64,000 bases of DNA from Candidatus Obscuribacterales bacterium (GTDB lineage: Bacteria; Cyanobacteriota; Vampirovibrionia; Obscuribacterales; Obscuribacteraceae): assembly GCA_965228855.1 (NCBI GenBank), contig CBDDIJ010000003.1:2272001-2336000 (forward strand), in the 5' to 3' direction. The translations under genes were made by a program, and so were the position numbers. Under the pieces are notes generated by a model. That model searched no databases, had not been told where the DNA came from, and saw nothing but the letters and a program-made list of their open reading frames with translations. This document shows positions 57,369-64,000 of the stretch, in pieces (within the stretch, counting starts at the first letter, position 1; each line of letters starts with the position of its first letter).

Positions 57369-59516
57369 ATGTTTCGTCCGACAATTTCTCACATAGGGTT
57401 GCTAGTCGTCTTCTTCTTACTGACGTCGGAGTTGCTATTTGTCGGCGTACTGAAATTTCAACTCGATGACCTCAATGCGAAACTCGCACAGGAAGAACGA
57501 AAGCGAGAAGTGGTCGAACTCCTGAACGACTCGGCAGCGCACTTGCAGAGCTTCTATGTGCAGATGATTCGTGATACCAACATCGTGCAATTTAAGGACA
57601 GACGAAGCCTGATCAAAGAGTTTGAAGTTCACAAGGTGGCAATTGAACGGAACTTCGAAGAGCTCCAGAAACTTCTGAAAGACCAACCCGAAGAGCTAAA
57701 AAAAATTAGTCGATATCAGCAAGAGAAGACGAGGGCGATGTCTACCCTGCTTGTTGGATTTACAGACAGACCGGACGTACTGTCGATAAAAAAAATCAGC
57801 AAAATAATGAAGTTCTTTCGGAAAGAATCTTTGCACTCCAGACTCCTGGCAAAATCATATAGCGCCGAAAACAAGTCAAATCCGGAGCAGGATATCGCGA
57901 ATGTTCAAAACCTGCTAATAGTCGGTCTCCTGATGAACCTCATCACAGCAGTGGCGGCTAGCTTTTTCTTCTGGAAATATGTGGCGAGACGCATCAACAT
58001 CGTCACCGAAAACATAGCGAGACTTTCTGCCGATGAACCTTTGCATGACCGGCTAGACGGGCAAGACGAGGTAGCAACAATCGACTCGGCTTTCCACTTT
58101 CTTAGCGATGAAATTTTAGCTGCCGCAGAGAGAGAGCGCTCGTTCGTAGAGAACTCTACAGATGTGATCTGTACAATCGACAGTAAAGGCTACTTCCGCG
58201 AAGTGAGCCCAGCAGCAAAACTGCAATGGGGTTATGACCCTGACGAACTCATCGACAGAGAAGCCACCAAAGTCCTTGGAATAAGAAACATCCCCGACAT
58301 ATTCACAGCAGACCCGTCGACAATCTCGAAAGACGCACACTTCGCGCTAGACGAGCGCGTGCGAAAAGCAGACGGATCATACATCGATACACTTTGGTCA
58401 GCCCATTGGTCTCCAACCGACGGATCACTTTTCTGTTTCGTTCGAGATCGGACGGACAGCAAACGTGCAAGTCGCCTCTTGGAGGAACAGGAAAATCAGG
58501 TGCGCAACGCCATTGAGAATCTGCCTGTCGGAATTCTGACGACTGATGTCGAAGGAGCAATACATCAATCCAATCAAATGGCCAGACGGCTTCTGGCGAA
58601 ACCTGACTTAGCAAATCAAAACGTCAACAAACTTCTCGTTGTCGAAGGCGCTAAACATAAAACAATCCAACAGGCTTTGACCGACCCGACTGTACCCACT
58701 CCGATCCGCTGCACCACCAGTAGTGCTGTAGGGAGTAAAACATATACCGACGTCTCTCTCGGCAAATCGACTACGCAGCTCTCAGATAGTCTGGTCATTA
58801 TTTTTGAAGACGCAAGCGAGCGAGTACGTCTTGAGGAAATCAAACAAAATTTCGTCTCACTCCTCGGCGAGAGCTTGCGCTCACCGCTTAACGAAGTGCG
58901 CACGATTGTTCGGGAAGAACTCCAGGTCAGCCAATCTGAATTGGCGAAAAAACGCATGACACGGATTTTGCCGAATATCGAAAGACTGCTCAAGTTGCTT
59001 GACGGGCTCCTGGACATTGAAGGTCTGGAACCCGGAAAGTTGGTGGGAATTCTCGAACCATGCGAGCTGGCAGATATCATCGAGCAATCAGTCAATGCAG
59101 TTTTCGATCATGCAGAGCAACAAAGCATATCGATTGACTATGCTCAAACAAAATGTACTGTCCTGGCGGACCCACAGCGATTGGTCCAGGTGATTATCAA
59201 CCTGCTGACCAATGCAATAAAATACTCGCCCGCCGGTTCACGAGTCTATATAGATACAGTTTCACTCGATGATTCAATAGAACTTCGCATCGTCGATGAA
59301 GGACGCGGATTGCCCGCCGAAATGCATGAGACGATTTTCCAGTCATATGTCCAAAGCCAGAAAGATGATGCCCGGCGTGGGAGCGGAACCGGGCTTGGTT
59401 TGGCGATCTGCAAACAGATCGTGCAGGCCCACAACGGCAGAATTGGAGTCCGGAGCGAAGTCGGCAAAGGAAGCACTTTCTGGATTGAACTTCCAATCGA
59501 GGGTGAGCGCGCATGA
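57369..59516 (+). CDS. TM-HAMP-PAS sensor kinase with intact ATPase domain but no phospho-acceptor His
   Basis: H-box reads FVSLLGESLRSPL. N box NLLTNAIKY, G1 DEGRG and G2 GTGLGL are intact. Confidence 0.88.
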   Translation: MFRPTISHIGLLVVFFLLTSELLFVGVLKFQLDDLNAKLAQEERKREVVELLNDSAAHLQSFYVQMIRDTNIVQFKDRRSLIKEFEVHKVAIERNFEELQKLLKDQPEELKKISRYQQEKTRAMSTLLVGFTDRPDVLSIKKISKIMKFFRKESLHSRLLAKSYSAENKSNPEQDIANVQNLLIVGLLMNLITAVAASFFFWKYVARRINIVTENIARLSADEPLHDRLDGQDEVATIDSAFHFLSDEILAAAERERSFVENSTDVICTIDSKGYFREVSPAAKLQWGYDPDELIDREATKVLGIRNIPDIFTADPSTISKDAHFALDERVRKADGSYIDTLWSAHWSPTDGSLFCFVRDRTDSKRASRLLEEQENQVRNAIENLPVGILTTDVEGAIHQSNQMARRLLAKPDLANQNVNKLLVVEGAKHKTIQQALTDPTVPTPIRCTTSSAVGSKTYTDVSLGKSTTQLSDSLVIIFEDASERVRLEEIKQNFVSLLGESLRSPLNEVRTIVREELQVSQSELAKKRMTRILPNIERLLKLLDGLLDIEGLEPGKLVGILEPCELADIIEQSVNAVFDHAEQQSISIDYAQTKCTVLADPQRLVQVIINLLTNAIKYSPAGSRVYIDTVSLDDSIELRIVDEGRGLPAEMHETIFQSYVQSQKDDARRGSGTGLGLAICKQIVQAHNGRIGVRSEVGKGSTFWIELPIEGERA

Positions 59517-61750
59517 GCACCCAGGACAACCAGTTGCGTCTTGATTTGACCAGGAAAGCCGTTCTTCTCTTTGCGGCAATCTTCATCGTGGAAGCTTTGT
59601 ATGTAGGCATTATTGCAAGCATGCTCTGGCAAACATCGAACAGCATTAAGAGGACTCAAGAATCCAGAGTGGTGGTTCAAGCCGTGGGAGAAGTCGCATA
59701 CGGGGCACAGGAGATAGTTGGGGAACTGCTCGAAGGATTTTTTAATGATGTGCTTCATCAGCCGCACAGACCGATCAAGATCTCTGCGGAGAAACGGCTG
59801 AAGATGATGGCGGACAATCTCGAAGAAGCACTTAAAAACGATAACTCACAAAAATCGATCGTCCGGGACATTAAGGAGATGTGCACAGATTCAGTACCAC
59901 CTCTGGTGAAAGATCTGAGGGAAGCAAACTGGGGCGATCCTGGCGATACAAGACGCTTCTCGATGATTCGGCTCGATGAAGTGAATGCAGATCTCATGCA
60001 CAGATTGGACGATATAACCAGCGTTTACGGCAAAGCTAAAGCAGATGCCGCGGCTGAACTTACATCACATACCAGCCTGTCCGCGACAACAGCAATTGTT
60101 CTCGGCTTTGTCGTAAATGCAGTTATCGCGCTCTTGCTCTATTTCGCGTTCATCAATGGAATCACCAGGCGTCTTTCAAAAATCGCGGAGGACATCTCGT
60201 TAGTAGCGAGCAAGAAGCAGCTACCCGCGACTGCTGCGAACCTCAAAGATTCGGCTGATGAAATCGATATGCTTGCTTACGAGATCAGGAAAATGTCGGA
60301 GAACTTCTCGGAAATTCAAAGTAAAGAGCGAACGCTTTTTGAAAACGTTCCAAGCATTATGTGCGCCATCAATGAGGACGGCCTAATTATGAGCGTAAGC
60401 CCTGGTAGCTCCGTTCTCTGGGGATATGATGCCGACGAGTTAGTTGGGAAACGAATGAGCGAGGTCTTTCACGATGCTGCGTTAGTTGAGGTAGCGCAAA
60501 AGTTGGAAGCGCTGTTCGAGGATGATGTCAACGAGATTGATTTCCAGGCAGCAGTCAGCACGAAAAAGCAGGAACGTCTGCAAGTGGCGTGGAAAGCGCG
60601 TCTTTCCGAAGACGGCACCGCCCTCCTGATTGGACACGATGTGACAGAAGAAGTAGAGGCACTCGATAGGATAAAGAACAGCGAGGAAGAGTTTAGAGCG
60701 ATAGTCGACAAAATGCCGATTTCGGTCGTCACGCTCGATGAGAACTATTCGATAACTTCAGTCAACGAAGCGACACAGGAGATGTTCAACACGCCGCCAC
60801 AGGCACTACTTGGGCGAAACATAGGCGCGCTCATCGCTGGCGCCACCACAAGCGGTGCCTCTGGAGCACAAGTTTTAGACCTTCTCTCATTGTCCGAAAA
60901 GAATCCGGTATCGCTGAACGTCGGTTACGATAAGGATTCAGTATTGCCGGTAGAAGTGAACACCAGCACTTACGTCAACGCGTACGCAAGAAAAACTTAC
61001 CTTGTAACATTGCAGGATATTTCTGTTCGCACAGAGATAGAAAGAGTCAAACAAGATTTTGTGGCAATGATCAGTCATGACTTACGGTCGCCGCTGACAG
61101 CCCTGTTCGGCACTTTGGAAACACTGGTTGAAACAACCGATGACAATCAGAATTCCGATAGCGCCGATAACGATTCGCCTCGTGAAAGCGAACCGGACAA
61201 GCCGTTGCTCAGGGCCAAAAACATCGTCTCCGATCTCGTCAATTTGATAAACGATTTTCTCGATCTCGAAAAGTTCGAAGCCGGGCGAGGTGTTTTGGAC
61301 CAGAGGAAAGAGCCGTTGCGAGACATTCTCAAAGAGACGATAGCCTCCATGCCAAGACTCGCAGGCGAACGAGTAACCACCTCTGCCTCGATTGAATCGC
61401 CAGTTCAAATAAAAATCGACCACGACCGTATGTTGTTTGCCCTGACAAACTTTCTGTCTACTGTTTTGCAATACTCAAGTGAGACTTCCAAAGTCAACGT
61501 GAGCGTTTTCAAAGATCAAAACAGTATCTCAGTGAGTTTCGCATGCCCGGAATTCGCCTTGCCCGAGTCTGTACGAAACTCATGCCTGTCGCGATATGAG
61601 TTTCAACCCGCAGCCAAAAATTCAATCCTGGATTCAAGCGGTCTGGCGCTTGCTCTATCGCGCGCGATAGTCCTGGCCCATGCAGGCAGCGTCACCTTTT
61701 CAGATGACCTGGGGACTCAAGCGATTATTATTCAAATTCCTACTGCCTGA
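59513..61750 (+). CDS. TM-HAMP-PAS sensor kinase with intact H-box but degenerate ATPase domain
   Basis: H-box [14 protein letters not shown] box reads [10 protein letters not shown], DxGxG is absent (SFACPEF), G2 reads SSGLAL. Confidence 0.85.
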   Translation: MSTQDNQLRLDLTRKAVLLFAAIFIVEALYVGIIASMLWQTSNSIKRTQESRVVVQAVGEVAYGAQEIVGELLEGFFNDVLHQPHRPIKISAEKRLKMMADNLEEALKNDNSQKSIVRDIKEMCTDSVPPLVKDLREANWGDPGDTRRFSMIRLDEVNADLMHRLDDITSVYGKAKADAAAELTSHTSLSATTAIVLGFVVNAVIALLLYFAFINGITRRLSKIAEDISLVASKKQLPATAANLKDSADEIDMLAYEIRKMSENFSEIQSKERTLFENVPSIMCAINEDGLIMSVSPGSSVLWGYDADELVGKRMSEVFHDAALVEVAQKLEALFEDDVNEIDFQAAVSTKKQERLQVAWKARLSEDGTALLIGHDVTEEVEALDRIKNSEEEFRAIVDKMPISVVTLDENYSITSVNEATQEMFNTPPQALLGRNIGALIAGATTSGASGAQVLDLLSLSEKNPVSLNVGYDKDSVLPVEVNTSTYVNAYARKTYLVTLQDISVRTEIERVKQDFVAMISHDLRSPLTALFGTLETLVETTDDNQNSDSADNDSPRESEPDKPLLRAKNIVSDLVNLINDFLDLEKFEAGRGVLDQRKEPLRDILKETIASMPRLAGERVTTSASIESPVQIKIDHDRMLFALTNFLSTVLQYSSETSKVNVSVFKDQNSISVSFACPEFALPESVRNSCLSRYEFQPAAKNSILDSSGLALALSRAIVLAHAGSVTFSDDLGTQAIIIQIPTA

Positions 61751-62975
61751 GTGAAAATACAAGCTCAATGATTTCGGCCACCACCTGGTTGGGCGTGGAC
61801 GCACCGGCGGAAACTCCGATTACGCAAGGCGCCTCGGGCAACCAGTTGGTCGCTATCTCACAAGTGTCTCCGTGCTGAGGCTTATGCCTGATCTCCTGGG
61901 CTGACAAAAGGCATGAAGGGCTGTCGATATGGTAGGAAGGCAGTCCCTTTTTAAGTGCGATCTCGTGAAGATGACCGGTGTTGGACGAGTTGAAACCACC
62001 GATAATCAGCATCAAATCCATCGGCTCCTCGATCAGACCGAGCATGGCATCCTGACGCTCCTGCGTAGCATCGCATATGGTGTCACCCGGACTGAGGAAG
62101 TGATCGTTCAAATTCCAAGGTCCATATTTGGACATCATGGTTCGCTCAAAGAGCTTGCCGATTAATTCGGTTTCCCCCTTAAGCATTGTGGTTTGATTGG
62201 CGATACCAATTCGTTCCAAATCGCGTTCGGGGTCAAAACCTTGCGAACAAGCCTGGCGGAAGCGGCTTAGAAATTCGTCTTTTGAACCGCCGTTCAAAAT
62301 ATACTGTGCAACCCATTCGGCCTCTTGCAGGTTCTGAACGATCAGGTAAACCTCTGCACGAGAAGAGGTAGCGACGGTTTCTTCGTGGCTGTGCTTGCCG
62401 TGAATAATCGCAGTGAAATCGCTTTGGGCAAATTTCTGCACTCTGGTCCAAACTCTGGAAACCCATGGGCAAGTGGTGTCTACGACTTCGCACTTGCGGT
62501 CTTCAAGAAAATGCATCTCTTCGACACTTGCTCCAAAGGCTGGCAAAATCACCACGTCACCTTCGTTAACACGCTCGAGATCCTTAGTTCCATCTTCGCG
62601 CAGCGGCAAAAAGTCGATTTCCATGTCGCGCAAATGCGAGTTCACGAGAGGATTATGGATGATCTCGTTTGTTATCCAGATCTTGCGATCGGGGAAATGG
62701 CGACGAGTTTCATACGCCATGGAAACCGCCCTATCCACGCCCCAGCAGAAACCGAAAGCCTCTGCCAGTCGGACGGTTATGCCATTGCGAGTTAGCGTGT
62801 TGCCGCCTTCTTTCAGCTCCGCGATTAGATCTGATTCATAAGCGCGCTTCAGATCGCCTTCGACGACATCCTTCAGACCGAATCCTTTTCTATGGTAGGT
62901 CGGGTTTTTCATTGCGGAAATTCTCGTTTGAACTTGTTCGAATTTTACCGAGTTTACTGAATATTTGCTGCCCAA
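61740..62975 (-). CDS. ispH: 4-hydroxy-3-methylbut-2-enyl diphosphate reductase (cyanobacterial/plant type)
   Basis: YHRKGFG N-terminal extension, [49 protein letters not shown]. Confidence 0.95.
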   Translation of the reverse strand: MGSKYSVNSVKFEQVQTRISAMKNPTYHRKGFGLKDVVEGDLKRAYESDLIAELKEGGNTLTRNGITVRLAEAFGFCWGVDRAVSMAYETRRHFPDRKIWITNEIIHNPLVNSHLRDMEIDFLPLREDGTKDLERVNEGDVVILPAFGASVEEMHFLEDRKCEVVDTTCPWVSRVWTRVQKFAQSDFTAIIHGKHSHEETVATSSRAEVYLIVQNLQEAEWVAQYILNGGSKDEFLSRFRQACSQGFDPERDLERIGIANQTTMLKGETELIGKLFERTMMSKYGPWNLNDHFLSPGDTICDATQERQDAMLGLIEEPMDLMLIIGGFNSSNTGHLHEIALKKGLPSYHIDSPSCLLSAQEIRHKPQHGDTCEIATNWLPEAPCVIGVSAGASTPNQVVAEIIELVFSLRQ

Positions 62976-63123
62976 ACCAGGATCGGGGTGTTATTATTTC
63001 TCTGGCACACACTTACTATGAACCCTAGTTGACAAGTGACATTCGTCGTTTTTGGGCACCAGCGGTAATTGAGAGCTCGTCCGTGCGAGTTTCTCGGGGT
63101 TCATAATTGGGGAGGAATTTTTC

Positions 63124-63519
63124 GTGAAGAAGTCGTTATTAACGCTCCTTGCTGCTCTCGCTCTCACTAACTGTGGACCTGCGAACGCAGAAGATATGAA
63201 AGAGATGGCAAAAAACACCGCTCTGTTTCCGGTCAAGGCACTAGCAATCGGATCGGGCATGGTAGTGGGCATCCCGGTCGCTATCACCAGACGCAGTTCT
63301 AATCGCTGCATCGAGTACACTCAGAATTTCGCAGACCAAATTGGCGGAAAAGAGCACATTCACCCGATGCTGTTCGGAAGCTTGATGGGAATGCCTTTCG
63401 GTCTTCTGGTCGGCACCGGCGAAGGAGTGTTCTTCGGTGGCAGAAACGCAATCAACCATGGCGTTGAAGAAAAACCATTCTCGCTGGCAACCTTCAGCCT
63501 CGATCCGGAACTGGAATAG
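63124..63519 (+). CDS. Hypothetical exported/membrane protein
   Basis: GGAGG SD, signal peptide, Gly-rich hydrophobic helices. Confidence 0.7.
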   Translation: MKKSLLTLLAALALTNCGPANAEDMKEMAKNTALFPVKALAIGSGMVVGIPVAITRRSSNRCIEYTQNFADQIGGKEHIHPMLFGSLMGMPFGLLVGTGEGVFFGGRNAINHGVEEKPFSLATFSLDPELE

Positions 63520-63587
63520 GCGCAACTGTTTCAGACAAAGAATCTGAGGCGCGGTATTCGCAGTAAGAATATTTTTCGCGCGATTTT

Positions 63588-63628
63588 TATTCCCAGCACG
63601 CAATTTATGCGTACTGGGAATATTTTTT
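63588..63628 (+). terminator. Probable intrinsic terminator
   Basis: TATTCCCAGcACGCA-attta-TGCGTaCTGGGAATA followed by TTTTTT. Confidence 0.6.
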
Positions 63629-63863
63629 GGTCGAAAATTATTCCCACCAGGAATGGCACTTTGAATTGATGGGCTCGAAGATTGGGTACGAAGATTGAGA
63701 GCAGCATCGCCTCGGGTTGAATATATCGGACGCTCTGAGTCCGAAAAGTCGCAATTCAGACGGACAAAGTTCTTCTTGACAAGCATGCAATAGATTCAGC
63801 TGGGTATAAAGCCTGGGGAGTAGGCACTTCTTTTTTCATTTTAGAGGGGACGGTTAGGCGTTT

Positions 63864-64000
63864 ATGCGAACAATTCCGAAGGAGCGGATACTTAGAGTCA
63901 ACTGTGCCGGATATGGCACGGACGCTCATTGGAATCTGGGCCGAGCAAAGAGCCTGAATAACTACAGTGCGATTATCGTCAATCCGACCAGTATCGCTCA
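63864..64000 (+). CDS. Hypothetical protein, N-terminal fragment (runs off the window edge)
   Basis: ATG at 63864 stays open to the end: MRTIPKERILRVNCAGYGTDAHWNLGRAKSLNNYSAIIVNPTSIA. Confidence 0.5.
   Translation, partial: MRTIPKERILRVNCAGYGTDAHWNLGRAKSLNNYSAIIVNPTSIA

Noticed and set aside
1198..63320. Numerous short antisense or nested ORFs in the six-frame track
   Set aside because: They lie opposite or within well-supported genes and lack recognisable domains.
63241..63786. 181-aa minus-strand ORF
   Set aside because: It overlaps a better supported plus-strand gene and a terminator hairpin and has no motifs.
63776..63810. TTGACA...TATAAA as a sigma70 promoter
   Set aside because: The spacer is 23 nt, too long for a canonical promoter.

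Overview
Gene-dense bacterial chromosome window of roughly 50% GC by eye. A cyanobacterial-type IspH, no photosynthesis genes and many signal-peptide TPR proteins suggest a non-photosynthetic relative of Cyanobacteria such as Melainabacteria/Obscuribacterales (inference). Housekeeping genes include a glutamine-synthetase-family fragment, an AmmeMemoRadiSam B-A fusion, fumC, an acyl-CoA ligase, a GH31 glucosidase, a TrmJ-like methyltransferase, ppx/gppA, hemY, hemE and ispH. Four things stand out. (1) A tandemly duplicated, highly structured ~210-nt non-coding RNA at 6418-7035; each copy has its own extended -10 promoter and terminator. (2) Three orphan Tad-type pilin genes, one with 206 consecutive Gly-X-Y triplets, bracketed by three HTTM genes, four SdpA/DUF5819-like genes, TPR proteins and two GT-C-like genes (18.5-37.6 kb). 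(3) An adjacent uncharacterised biosynthetic-looking cluster (37.6-50.1 kb): GH3 amido-synthetase, MLE-like enolase, Cys-nucleophile hydrolase, heme-oxygenase-like protein, Mpo1-like protein, SDRs, a methyltransferase and two His-rich membrane proteins. (4) A coupled pair of sensor kinases with complementary defects, one lacking the phospho-His and the other lacking the ATP-binding boxes. No rRNA, tRNA, CRISPR array or mobile element was recognised. All functional calls come from motif recognition by eye; no database search was run.
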